From an uncultured Acidobacteriota bacterium (GTDB taxonomy: Bacteria; Acidobacteriota; Blastocatellia; RBC074): a DNA stretch of 64,000 nt. Numbering within the stretch: the first letter of the stretch is position 1; every line of letters starts with the position of its first letter. Location of the stretch: assembly GCA_963796275.1 (NCBI GenBank), contig CAWCKY010000007.1, positions 800,001 to 864,000 of the forward strand, given 5' to 3'. This document shows, one piece after another, positions 10,408 to 20,459 of this stretch. Under the pieces are notes generated by a model, which saw nothing but the letters and a program-made list of their open reading frames with translations, was not told where the DNA came from and ran no database searches. The position numbers and the translations under genes are program-made.

Positions 10408-11676
10408 TTGCGACTGCTCAACGTGTTGACGAAATACATAGAGATGCCGAAAAGAGTCCTCATGCTTTGTTACTTCTATCCGCCGGTTGACGCCATCGGC
10501 GCGCTCCGCAGCGTGGCGTTCTCCTCGAATTTGAGGGAATTCGGCTGGGAGCCAGTCGTCATCTCAGTAGCTAGGTGTAAAGACCGATGCGTGACGATCG
10601 GAAATTCACAGCCGCCGGAGGGAGTAGCTGTCTTTCGCGTCCCCGAACTGGGGCTTGGTCTTTATTGTGATTACCTTCAGGGGGCGCTCTGTCGCGTCTC
10701 CCGCATATTTGGGCACGAGCCAAGTCGCAACTGGATACGCGATATCTTCTGCTTCCCCGATTCTCAGGTAACCTGGTTGCCGGCGCTCAAAGGGATCTCG
10801 CTGGCGCGGGGCATCGATGTTGTCTATGTGAGCTGTCCCCCTTATAGCGCCGCGCTCAACGGCGTTCTCATCAAAGCGGTCACGGGGAGACCGCTGATCC
10901 TCGATTTTCGTGATTCGTGGAACGTCGGACCTGCTGATCCCGGTGCGAGACATCGTCGTGCGATGCTCAATCTGGTGGAACGCTTCACGCTCCGATGGGC
11001 TGACCTGATTATTCTCAATACTCCGGGCACCGAACGGATATATCGAAGCGCCTATCCCGATCTCGCGCAAAAGTTTCTCAGTATTCCGAACGGCTATGAC
11101 TCCATCAATGAATCTCCATCCCCACCGCCTGAAAGTCCCTTCCGGATCGTCCATACGGGAAACTTCTATCTCGAACGTACCCCCGATCTGCTTCTTAGAG
11201 CGCTTCAGGATCTGGGGAGAGATGACATCGAATTCATTCAGGTGGGGAATATGCATAATGGGATCACGCGCTATAAAGATCGCCTGAAAATCAGGTGCAC
11301 TGGATATCTTCCTCGGGAAGAAGCGCTCAGATGGATGCAGGACGCCTCGCTCCTCTACCTGAAGCAGTCTCCGGAAACGCCTCATGCCATCGCTGCCAAG
11401 ACCTACGAGTATCTCTCTGCCGGGCGCCCCATCCTCGTCGATGCTCCCCCAGGAGATAACGCCGAAATGATCGCTCGCTATGCCACCCGGTCTTATGTAG
11501 TTACTTCGGGTTCACCCGATGACCTGCGACAAGCCGTCCTGAAAGCTTATGAAGAACGGTCGTTACCCTGTGGCGTCAACGAAGAGTTCATCCGCAGATT
11601 CCGGAGGAGGGAACTCACGAGGATTCTCGCAGCGAAGATGGCGGAACTCGCGGGCGGAAGCGAGACGAAGCGATGA
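10408..11676 (+). CDS. Glycosyltransferase family 4 (GT-B)
   Basis: KRVLMLCYFYPP...GALR, LILDFRDSW, IPNGYD, KTYEYLSAGRPIL. Confidence 0.88.
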   Translation: MRLLNVLTKYIEMPKRVLMLCYFYPPVDAIGALRSVAFSSNLREFGWEPVVISVARCKDRCVTIGNSQPPEGVAVFRVPELGLGLYCDYLQGALCRVSRIFGHEPSRNWIRDIFCFPDSQVTWLPALKGISLARGIDVVYVSCPPYSAALNGVLIKAVTGRPLILDFRDSWNVGPADPGARHRRAMLNLVERFTLRWADLIILNTPGTERIYRSAYPDLAQKFLSIPNGYDSINESPSPPPESPFRIVHTGNFYLERTPDLLLRALQDLGRDDIEFIQVGNMHNGITRYKDRLKIRCTGYLPREEALRWMQDASLLYLKQSPETPHAIAAKTYEYLSAGRPILVDAPPGDNAEMIARYATRSYVVTSGSPDDLRQAVLKAYEERSLPCGVNEEFIRRFRRRELTRILAAKMAELAGGSETKR

Positions 11677-11948
11677 CCGGGACTTAGAGTTTTACTTTAA
11701 ATCTGAAACATGCAGTTCAGGTAATTTCTCAGCGAAGAGTCGTGACATTGCTCTGTAAAAAATTATCAGCCATTTATTTTCACCCAGGTCGTTCAGTATC
11801 CGCAGAAGGGGATTTTTTAAGGTGATTATTTAAGTGAGCTCGATAGTCCGTTGCGTACAAATAAAGAATGTCCATTCGATGTCTGCGTGCCGACATTCGA
11901 GGTTCGCAGTTTGCCGCTCCTGGCACTCTGTAGTCAAAAAAAAGCCTC

Positions 11949-13109
11949 CTATGTCCTGAGCAGGATGCGTTCGTTCTTGAATACCCGGACGGCAATCCAA
12001 AAGGCCAGGCCAGCATAAACGAGCGTTGAGAGTAGCGTCAGAGTGAAGCCGATCCACGACCAGTCGCCGAGTACCAATTCTTTGATCAATTGGCTGAAAT
12101 TGACGATAGGAAGGAGAGCCATGCCGGCGCTCAGCTTGATGCCTGGAAGGAAGCTCACCATGGCGGGGAACAGCGCGATGAGGATGAGCGGCATGAGATA
12201 ACTCTGCGCCTCTTTATAACTCTTGGCCAGCGTTGCGATGGCGATGATGAGCGATGAGATCATGATCGCCATCGGGATGGTGACTATTCCAATGAGAAGA
12301 AGAGTGGTCCTATCGATCAGGATCGCGCTCAATATATCGGGCGCACCGGCTCTTTTGACGAGAGCGAACGATAGGCCCAAACTTATGAAGGCCAGCGCGG
12401 ATGAGAGTATAGTTGAAGTGATGACTGCCAGAATTTTTCCCAGGACGATCTCCTCCCTGGTGGCGGGAGATGACAATAACATCTCCATCGTCCGCCGCTC
12501 CTTCTCGCCGGCTGTCAGGTCCGTCCCGGGATATATCCCGCCCATGATCATCGAGATTACGATCATATAGCCGAGAATGGCTCCGATGATAGAACCGGAC
12601 ATCCGCTGGGGCGGAGCGGTATTGACTTTCTCGACGCTGAACGGAGTGAGGATGCGTTCGGCTATACCGGCACGCTGGAGCTCGGTTTTTATCTGTTGAC
12701 TTTTCAATTGATCCAGGGCGCGCTCTATCCGTCCACTCGCAATCTGCATCTCGAGTTGAGAGAGATCTGCGTATATATTAATTGATATGCTTTGGGCCGG
12801 GCCCAGGACTTCCACACCCATATCAGCCAGTTTGTTTGCGACCGCGTTGCGCGCATCATCAGATGTCTGTATTTGAAATCCCGACTGTTCCAGCGAACCG
12901 GCTATTCCCGCGAGATCGACGTCTTGCTTAAGAGCGAGTCGGAACTGTTGCTCCTGCGCGCGTTTTGCGGATCGGGTGAAGAAGAAGCTCACCCCGGAGG
13001 ATATCAGTGGCCAAACCACCAGAGGGACGATGATCATGCTCATCAGAGCCCGCCGGTCTCGCAGTAGATCGAGGATTTCTTTGTGATAGATGATCTTGAG
13101 ATATCTCAT
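11949..13109 (-). CDS. natB: ABC-2 permease, NatB-like (Na+ efflux)
   Basis: KEILDLLRDRR, DLTAGEKERRTMEMLL, AKSYKEAQSY. Confidence 0.8.
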   Translation of the reverse strand: MRYLKIIYHKEILDLLRDRRALMSMIIVPLVVWPLISSGVSFFFTRSAKRAQEQQFRLALKQDVDLAGIAGSLEQSGFQIQTSDDARNAVANKLADMGVEVLGPAQSISINIYADLSQLEMQIASGRIERALDQLKSQQIKTELQRAGIAERILTPFSVEKVNTAPPQRMSGSIIGAILGYMIVISMIMGGIYPGTDLTAGEKERRTMEMLLSSPATREEIVLGKILAVITSTILSSALAFISLGLSFALVKRAGAPDILSAILIDRTTLLLIGIVTIPMAIMISSLIIAIATLAKSYKEAQSYLMPLILIALFPAMVSFLPGIKLSAGMALLPIVNFSQLIKELVLGDWSWIGFTLTLLSTLVYAGLAFWIAVRVFKNERILLRT

Positions 13110-13231
13110 TGGCTCCTCTACCGATAAAAATTCATGAAATGAAGCAGATTACTGTTTCTCCTGAGTTTTTCTTGGCATCGTTGAACCTGCCGTCCACCAG
13201 CACGAACAACGTTATCTATAAATAGAAATAT

Positions 13232-13963
13232 TTATATCCCCAGAAGCTCGATGAAAATCTCACGGAGTCGCTGTTTGCCCGTGATAGTCCGTAGTTGTTC
13301 CATCGTCCCGAGCGCTCGGATCTTTCCATGATTGATGACCGCGATACGGTCGCAGAGGTGCTCCGCCTCTTCCATTATATGGGTGGAGAGCACTATGCAC
13401 TTGCCTGAATCTCTTGCTTCGCGAATGAACCTTTCGACTACCTGTGAGGTCGGAACATCCAACCCTGAGGTCGGTTCATCGAGTATGAAGATGGGCGGAT
13501 CATGGACGAGAGTACGGGTGATGGCAGTCTTCTGTCGCATGCCGGTCGATAGCGTATCGATCTTGGTATTGGCGAATTCGTGCATATCGAAAATGGTGAA
13601 CAAATGATCGATACGTTGTTTTAATAAGCTTCCATTCAATCCGTTCAAGCGCCCGAAGAAACTGAGTACCTCTCGCGGCGTCAAGCGATGGTAAAGGCCC
13701 ATGTCTCCGGAGAGGAACCCCATCTTATTCCGAACCTTGGCGGCCTCTTTGATTATATCGTGTCCCCCGATGTGCGCTGTCCCGTCGCTCGGCCGCAGAA
13801 TAGTCGCGAGCATGCGCAGGGCCGTCGTCTTCCCCGCACCATTTGGGCCCAGCAGCCCAAAAATCTCACCCCCGTGTGCATCAAAAGAAATATGATCGAC
13901 CGCAACGATCTCTCCTCTTTTTTTATCTGGATAAACTTTAGTCAGATTGTTAACTGTAATCAT
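13232..13963 (-). CDS. natA: ABC ATP-binding protein, NatA-like
   Basis: GPNGAGKTT, LSTGMRQK, ILDEPTSGLD, STH; adjacent to natB. Confidence 0.82.
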   Translation of the reverse strand: MITVNNLTKVYPDKKRGEIVAVDHISFDAHGGEIFGLLGPNGAGKTTALRMLATILRPSDGTAHIGGHDIIKEAAKVRNKMGFLSGDMGLYHRLTPREVLSFFGRLNGLNGSLLKQRIDHLFTIFDMHEFANTKIDTLSTGMRQKTAITRTLVHDPPIFILDEPTSGLDVPTSQVVERFIREARDSGKCIVLSTHIMEEAEHLCDRIAVINHGKIRALGTMEQLRTITGKQRLREIFIELLGI

Positions 13964-13997
13964 ATTTGTTTTTTTGTTGATCTCTTAGTCATTTTTC

Positions 13998-16793
13998 TCA
14001 GACATCTTCTGATAAAGTATCAAGCAGCGACATCTGGTCGACATGCCTGCTCGGCTTCTTGAGATGGCGGGCGAACTTCGGTTTACCTGTTACATCGAGC
14101 TCATTCTGTTCGAGGTTGCCCAATATTTCGCGCGCTCGTTCGATGACCGAGATAGGCAGACCCGCCAGCCTCGCGACCTCGATCCCATAACTCTTGCTCG
14201 CGCTTCCCGCCATAACCTTGCGTAGGAAGACGATCTCACCCTGCGCCTCCGATACCGCAACCTGATAATTACCGACTCCCGGCCTCATCTTCGCCAGCTC
14301 GGTCATCTCGTGATAATGGGTAGCGAAGAGAGTCTTCGCGCTGTGTTTCGGGTTGTCGTGCAGGTATTCGGCGATCGCCCATGCGAGCGAGAGTCCGTCA
14401 AATGTAGCGGTTCCGCGACCGACCTCATCGAGCAGGACCAGGCTGCGCGGTGTCGCAGTGTTGAGGATGTTCGATGTCTCGGTCATCTCGACCATAAAAG
14501 TCGAGCGGCCGCGCGCCAGATTATCGGACGCACCGACTCGCGTGAAGATGCGATCGACGAGCGCCACCCGCGCCGACGCGGCCGGCACGAAACTTCCCAT
14601 CTGAGCGAGGATCACGATCAATGCCGTCTGTTTAAGATAGACCGATTTGCCGCCCATATTCGGCCCGGTGATGATCAGCAGCCGGTCGGTCGTATTGTTG
14701 ATGGCTATATCGTTGGGTACGAATCGTTCACCGATGGTCTCGATCACAGGGTGACGCCCTGCGCGAATCTCTATCTCGTCGCCCTCGTGTAACTGCGGCC
14801 GGACATAGTTGCGGCGATTCGCAACCTCGGCGAGCGATGAGATCGCATCAAGAATCGCGACCGCTCGCGCAACCCCTTGTATTCTGCGCACCTCCTGGGC
14901 TATGCGTTTGCGCACCTGGGTGAACAGCTCGATCTCGAGCTCGACGATTCGTTCTTCCGCACCCAGCACCTTTGCTTCGTACTCCTTCAATTCGGGAGTG
15001 GTATATCGTTCGGAGTTGACGAGCGTTTGTTTGCGCTCGTAATCGTCAGGCACCCGATCCTTGTTGGCGTTGCTGATCTCGATGAAGTATCCGAAGACAT
15101 TATTGAATTTGACCTTGAGGGACGAAATTCGGGTTCGCCCTCGTTCGCGCGCTTCGATCGCCGCAATGTAACTCTTGCCGCTGCGCGCGAGATTGCGCAA
15201 CTCATCCAGTTCGGCGTTATACCCGTCACGGATCATTCCGGGTTCGCTAGTGAGCGCCGGCGGATCGTCGGCTATGGCTTCAGCTACCAGCGATCGCACG
15301 TCATCCAGCTCGTCCAGGTTTTCCGTGATCACCTGGAGAAGGGAAGCGCGCGAATCGGCGAGCGCGCGGCGAAGGTCAGGTATGGCTTCAATCGATAGGC
15401 GAAGCGCGATCAGATCGCGGGCGGTCGCCCTTCCCAGAGTTACCTTACCGGCCAGCCTCTCGAGGTCGGCCATGAGGTCGAGCCTCTTCCGCAGCTGATC
15501 GCGCTTTATCGTTGAAGTCTTGAGCTCTTCAACCGAATCAAGGCGCGTCGCGATCTCCCCCGGTCTGACCGAAGGTCTGAGCAACCATTGCCTCAAGAGC
15601 CTGGCCCCCATTCCAGTCATCGTCTCATCCAGTATCCCAATCAAGCTGTGAGAGAGAACACCGTCGTTGGAGCTGACCAGCTCGAGGTTGCTCACCGTCG
15701 TTGCATCCAGGACCAGATATTCGCTCGGCTCAAAAAAAGTTATCTCGCTGATGTGCAGAGCCTGAGACTTCTGCGTCTCCAGAATATAATGTAACGCGGC
15801 GCCAGCCGCACATACGGCATATACCTTGTCGCCCAACCCAAACCCATCCAGCGAAGCGACCCCAAGCTGCGCCCGCAGTAACGGCTCCGCATGCTCGTAT
15901 CCAAACAACCAGTCATCAAGCGCGACTTGCGCCACTCCCGTAACAGAGAGAATACCAGCGTCCGATAACGAGAATGGCAATTGCGACGACGGAGAGGATG
16001 GGGAAGCTTGAGAAGATGATGAAGATGACGAGAGTTGTTCTATGGATGAGTCCGATAAACGCAGTGAAGCGGGGTCGGGGGTTCCGGGCTCAGGAGTATG
16101 AATCTCCGCCCCTCTCACTGATCCTGATTCTGCCCCCGACTTTGCGTGAAGCCGGTCTTCTTTTTCAGACCAGCGACTCTCAAGTCCGGATTTGATCGAT
16201 TTAAATAATGGCGACAGAGAATTGGGGAAAATGATCTCTTTCGGGGCGAATATCTCCAACTGTTCCTGTATGCGTTGCCATGCTTGATCGCCCAGGAATT
16301 GAGAGGTGATGAATTCGCCGGTGGAGAGATCGAGAAGAGCGATGCCCATCCCTTCGCCAGAGCCACAGATCGAAGCCAGATAGCAGTTTTGTTTCGATTC
16401 GAGGAGTTGGCTCTCAAGCGCGGTGCCAGGGGTTATCACCCTCACCACCTCGCGGCGTACGAGCTTCGTCGTTGAATTAGGGGTTTCGGTCTGTTCGCAT
16501 ATGGCCACGCGATAACCCTTTTTTACGAGCTTGGCGATATAGCTCGCGGCGGCATGATAGGGCACCCCGCACATCGGAACGGGATCTCCGCGCTCCTTGT
16601 GGCGTGCAGTCAGCGTGATCTCCAACTCGCGGGCGCCGAGCAGCGCGTCGTCAAAAAAGAGCTCGTAGAAATCACCGAGCCGGAAAAACAGCATTGTTCC
16701 GGGGTATTGTTTTTTGATCTCAAGATACTGCCTCAGCATGGGGGTGAGCTGAGAGGGCCTGTCATTCGATGACATAGTTTGGCTACCTTTCAT
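13998..16793 (-). CDS. mutS: DNA mismatch repair protein MutS (start possibly 16775)
   Basis: TPMLRQY, GDFYELF, GPNMGGKS, STFMVEM, DEVGRGT, ATHYHE. Confidence 0.97.
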   Translation of the reverse strand: MKGSQTMSSNDRPSQLTPMLRQYLEIKKQYPGTMLFFRLGDFYELFFDDALLGARELEITLTARHKERGDPVPMCGVPYHAAASYIAKLVKKGYRVAICEQTETPNSTTKLVRREVVRVITPGTALESQLLESKQNCYLASICGSGEGMGIALLDLSTGEFITSQFLGDQAWQRIQEQLEIFAPKEIIFPNSLSPLFKSIKSGLESRWSEKEDRLHAKSGAESGSVRGAEIHTPEPGTPDPASLRLSDSSIEQLSSSSSSSQASPSSPSSQLPFSLSDAGILSVTGVAQVALDDWLFGYEHAEPLLRAQLGVASLDGFGLGDKVYAVCAAGAALHYILETQKSQALHISEITFFEPSEYLVLDATTVSNLELVSSNDGVLSHSLIGILDETMTGMGARLLRQWLLRPSVRPGEIATRLDSVEELKTSTIKRDQLRKRLDLMADLERLAGKVTLGRATARDLIALRLSIEAIPDLRRALADSRASLLQVITENLDELDDVRSLVAEAIADDPPALTSEPGMIRDGYNAELDELRNLARSGKSYIAAIEARERGRTRISSLKVKFNNVFGYFIEISNANKDRVPDDYERKQTLVNSERYTTPELKEYEAKVLGAEERIVELEIELFTQVRKRIAQEVRRIQGVARAVAILDAISSLAEVANRRNYVRPQLHEGDEIEIRAGRHPVIETIGERFVPNDIAINNTTDRLLIITGPNMGGKSVYLKQTALIVILAQMGSFVPAASARVALVDRIFTRVGASDNLARGRSTFMVEMTETSNILNTATPRSLVLLDEVGRGTATFDGLSLAWAIAEYLHDNPKHSAKTLFATHYHEMTELAKMRPGVGNYQVAVSEAQGEIVFLRKVMAGSASKSYGIEVARLAGLPISVIERAREILGNLEQNELDVTGKPKFARHLKKPSRHVDQMSLLDTLSEDV

Positions 16794-16902
16794 AATCTAT
16801 AAAAACTGCATAAGGGAAACAATTGCATCGGATGAAGCGCAATGTTGGGTGGCCGCAGATTTGTTCACCAAGGTCAGTCAATATATAATCCGTTGGCCTA
16901 CA

Positions 16903-17646
16903 ATGTCAAAAGAGTCAACAGGTTATTTAATTCTAGCCGCCGATACTTCTTCATCGCTCGCAAATTTTGCGATAGTCAGAGGTGAAAAACTTCTGTCTTC
17001 GCTCTCAGGCGGGGCTCATCTGCCGCATTCACAGACATTTTTTTCAAACCTCTCGATTCTACTTCAAATGGCACAAGTTGAGATAAAGGAAATCGATGCT
17101 TTTGCCGCTGTCACCGGTCCCGGAAGCTTCACCGGTCTGCGAGTCGGGTTGGCGGCGGTCAAGGGGATCGCGCACACCTTATCCCGACCCTCTGTGGGTA
17201 TCAGTTCGTTCGATGCCGTGGCGCTGGGGACAGGTGTAACCGGCAAGGTTCTGGTGATGATCGAGGCAGGCAGGGAAGAGGTCTATTGCGGACTCCGTGA
17301 GGTTCACATCGATGGGGAGATTGATGTGCTGGGTGCGGATGTGGTGGGGCGACCGGAGCTCGTGATTACAAGCGCGCTCGCCGGCATCGAAACGGATCAT
17401 CTGGTGGTTGCCGGGAATGGCTCTGCCAAATTCAAAAACGCGATCGAGATCGACTTTCAACGCGTCGATCTGGATTCGCACCGTCAATTTTCAAGCGCAC
17501 CACAATACTGGCAGTCGCAATCCGGCCATAGCGATACTGCGGTTGCGATCGCAAAATCTGCCGCCAGGATGTTGAAGGCCGGTACTATCTCGGAGATTCA
17601 GCCCCATTACGTCCGGCCGTCGGATGCTGAGCTAAAATCAGTATGA
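16903..17646 (+). CDS. tsaB: tRNA t6A biosynthesis protein TsaB
   Basis: ILAADTS, HSQ, GPGSFTGLRVG, PHYVRPSDAE. Confidence 0.92.
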   Translation: MSKESTGYLILAADTSSSLANFAIVRGEKLLSSLSGGAHLPHSQTFFSNLSILLQMAQVEIKEIDAFAAVTGPGSFTGLRVGLAAVKGIAHTLSRPSVGISSFDAVALGTGVTGKVLVMIEAGREEVYCGLREVHIDGEIDVLGADVVGRPELVITSALAGIETDHLVVAGNGSAKFKNAIEIDFQRVDLDSHRQFSSAPQYWQSQSGHSDTAVAIAKSAARMLKAGTISEIQPHYVRPSDAELKSV

Positions 17647-18119
17647 AAGACCGGATCGCTTCTTATATAAAAATCGAGCCAATGTCATCGGGTGATCTGA
17701 ACCGCATCGTCGAGATCGAGAAGGGGTGCGGTCTAAGTACTTCCGGTGTCGAGAGATATCTGAAATTGTTGGCAGACAAGGCGGCTCTGTTGCTGGTAGC
17801 CATCGAGTTCGATCTTGAATACGAGGGAAGGGAAATCGCCGGCCTCTTCTCCGCTTATGTGGTGATCGATGAGCTGCAGATCGATAATCTGGCAGTCGTG
17901 GAAAACTTTAGAAGAAGGGGTATCGCTTCAAATTTATTATCCGAGGGACTGGTTATCGCAAATCAGAAAGGAGCGAGAAGCGCGGTCCTCGAGGTCCGCT
18001 CTGCCAATCAGGTCGCACGCACATTCTATGAACGACACGGGTTCCTAACCTCCGGTTTCCGCAGCAACTACTATCACAATCCCTCAGATGATGCTTTAAT
18101 CATGATTCGTGAGCTCTAA
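17643..18119 (+). CDS. rimI: Ribosomal protein alanine N-acetyltransferase
   Basis: NLAV...RRRGIA, LEVRSAN, RSNYY...DALIM; ATGA overlap with tsaB. Confidence 0.88.
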   Translation: MKDRIASYIKIEPMSSGDLNRIVEIEKGCGLSTSGVERYLKLLADKAALLLVAIEFDLEYEGREIAGLFSAYVVIDELQIDNLAVVENFRRRGIASNLLSEGLVIANQKGARSAVLEVRSANQVARTFYERHGFLTSGFRSNYYHNPSDDALIMIREL

Positions 18120-18236
18120 GAGGGCGAAAAGACGGAAGAGCAGAGGCGCGCTCTCCCCAGAAATATTTTTTCTATTTTCTCTGATTTCCGACTCTTGATT
18201 TCTTTCCCAGGCTCCCTCACTACCCGAAAATGTATC

Positions 18237-18265
18237 TTGAAAGCGCACAGCATTCGTATTACTAT
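18237..18265 (+). promoter_or_regulatory. Sigma70-type promoter
   Basis: TTGAAA-N17-TACTAT upstream of the DUF465 gene. Confidence 0.5.
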
Positions 18266-18346
18266 GCTGTTAAGTTTGATGCCAATTCGGAGAACTTAAA
18301 TTTAACAACGGCAAGTTAAAATAGCTAAGCTAAGGAGGATAAGCCA

Positions 18347-18589
18347 ATGAGCATATCGGTCAGCGATGCCGCTTTGAGGGACTACCTTATCGCCCACGAT
18401 GAACAATATCGTGAATTGATTAACGAACACCGCAAGTACGAAGCTCGTTTGAGCGAGCTCGCATCGCTTCATTATCCGAATGATGATGAACAACTTGAAG
18501 AGACAATCTTAAAAAAGAAGAAGTTGCTCCTTAAAGATCAGATGGAGGCAATTGCCAGAAAGTTCAAACCGAGCTATTTGTCTCACTAG
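18347..18589 (+). CDS. DUF465/YdcH family small protein
   Basis: RBS AAGGAGG; EH..YEARL...LKKKKLLLKDQM signature. Confidence 0.8.
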   Translation: MSISVSDAALRDYLIAHDEQYRELINEHRKYEARLSELASLHYPNDDEQLEETILKKKKLLLKDQMEAIARKFKPSYLSH

Positions 18590-18625
18590 AATATAGTTGG
18601 CTTCCAAACACTTGAATAAAAACTG

Positions 18626-18662
18626 GAACGGGGACACCTTAAGTGTTCCCGTTCTCTTTTTT
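18626..18662 (+). terminator. Rho-independent terminator
   Basis: Stem GAACGGGGACAC/GTGTTCCCGTTC with a 5-nt loop, followed by TCTTTTTT. Confidence 0.8.
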
Positions 18663-18742
18663 GGGGGTTTAGTTAAAGGAAATTCTCGGATAATATCCTT
18701 GAAGATTTTGATGATCTTGAGTCCGATAACGAGGAGAATGAA

Positions 18743-19378
18743 TTGATACGTGATGCATATGCCTTCATCGTTCCCATGGTTTTGCTGGGCGGGTTATGTC
18801 TGCTGCTCGGTTGGTTGATCGGGGACTTTTTTTTCATCGGCGCAGCGCTCTTCCTTCTTTTGTCCCTATTTGTCGCCTTTTTCTTTCGCGATCCCGAACG
18901 TGAAGTTCCCCAAGATGAGAGACTCGTGGTCTCGCCGGCGGATGGTCTCGTAGTCGTAGTCAAACCAGTCGAACTCGCCGAAGGAAAGACGGGGACTCTC
19001 GTCAGCATCTTCCTGTCCATTTTCGATGTTCACGTAAATCGTTCGCCGCTCGCAGGAAGGATCATCGAAACCGATTACCGTCCCGGCAGATTTTTGGTCG
19101 CCACGAAACAGAAGGCATCGGTGGAAAATGAGCAGAATGTCATAACCGTAGAAAACAAATATGCGACCGTCGTGTTTAAGCAGATCGCCGGTCTGATTGC
19201 ACGGCGTATAGTATTCTGGAAGCGGAAGGGGGACCAGGTTCTGCTGGGGGAGCGAGTGGGACTCATCAAATTCGGGTCGCGTGTCGACATCATATTGCCT
19301 CCAGAGGTCAACGTCGTCGCCAGAAAAGGCGAGCGCGTCAAAGGCGGAATTTCGATCATTGGAAAGGTGGATCAATGA
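18743..19378 (+). CDS. psd: Phosphatidylserine decarboxylase proenzyme
   Basis: FFRDPER, SPADG, DVHVNRSP, KFGSRVD self-cleavage motif. Confidence 0.95.
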   Translation: MIRDAYAFIVPMVLLGGLCLLLGWLIGDFFFIGAALFLLLSLFVAFFFRDPEREVPQDERLVVSPADGLVVVVKPVELAEGKTGTLVSIFLSIFDVHVNRSPLAGRIIETDYRPGRFLVATKQKASVENEQNVITVENKYATVVFKQIAGLIARRIVFWKRKGDQVLLGERVGLIKFGSRVDIILPPEVNVVARKGERVKGGISIIGKVDQ

Positions 19379-20262
19379 AAGATGAGATGGAAGAATCCAA
19401 TCCGCAGAGGCGCGGTTTTCGGCGCGGCATTTACATCATCCCGAGCGCATTTACGATCGGCAATATCTTATGCGGCTTTTATGCAATCATAAATTCCATC
19501 AAAGGATACCAGGCGCTCTTCAACGGCGAATATGCCGCGCACCTTTTCGACAACGCCGCATGTGCAATCGGATTTGCTGTTCTTCTCGATAGTCTGGATG
19601 GAAGAATCGCGCGTATGACCAAATCGACGAGCGAATTCGGAGTCGAACTAGACAGCATAGCAGACGTCCTATCGTTCGGCGTTGCGCCCGCCGTGCTCGC
19701 CTACTCCTGGGGATATGGGTCGATCCATGGATTCGAGCGTCTGGGATGGGGAGTCTCGTTCTTTTTCCTCATATGTGGGGCTCTTCGCCTGGCGAGGTTC
19801 AACGTCATGGCGCGAGCACCGCGATTCGCAGTCGACGGAAACTCGCCAAAATTGGATAAGAGATACTTCGTCGGGCTTCCCATCCCGGCAGCCGCCGGCA
19901 TGCTCGCCGCTATCATACATTTCGTTCCACAACCGCTCCCGACCTATGAGTTCAGCCAGGCTCAGTCATTCAGTTGGGCGGTGATGTTAGGGATGGCGAC
20001 CCTGGCTGTTTTAATGGTTAGTACGATCAGATATGCAAGCTTTAAGAATATCGGTCGCAGTAATAAGCCTTTTATTACGCTGCCATTATTATCGCTTATG
20101 GTTGCCGGCATCTGGTTTTACTCACAATGGGTGCTTCTGTTTATCTCCGCAATATATGTTTCACACGGCCCGCTTATGAAATTATGGGGCCTCGTCAACC
20201 GCCTGCGACGACCCTTGCCTAAGGTCGAAGATGCAACGCCCACTTCATCAATCGAAAACTGA
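19375..20262 (+). CDS. pssA: CDP-diacylglycerol--serine O-phosphatidyltransferase
   Basis: DSLDGRIAR...FGVELDSIAD CDP-alcohol motif, RLARFN, GLPIPAAA. Confidence 0.93.
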   Translation: MKDEMEESNPQRRGFRRGIYIIPSAFTIGNILCGFYAIINSIKGYQALFNGEYAAHLFDNAACAIGFAVLLDSLDGRIARMTKSTSEFGVELDSIADVLSFGVAPAVLAYSWGYGSIHGFERLGWGVSFFFLICGALRLARFNVMARAPRFAVDGNSPKLDKRYFVGLPIPAAAGMLAAIIHFVPQPLPTYEFSQAQSFSWAVMLGMATLAVLMVSTIRYASFKNIGRSNKPFITLPLLSLMVAGIWFYSQWVLLFISAIYVSHGPLMKLWGLVNRLRRPLPKVEDATPTSSIEN

Positions 20263-20459
20263 CGAAATCAGACCCCACGAGGTTGCGAATTACCTCGATT
20301 GGAACGAGTAATACCGCTGTCTCGGCACTCTGTTTTTCGTCCATTTTGAATTTTTGCGATTTTTTGTGGTAATAACCGTTTTTGGAATCGATGCGCTCCT
20401 CTTTTACTCTTTGCGCCTTCGCGTATTTGCGTCAAAATAGTTATGAGAGGAGTAATCTC

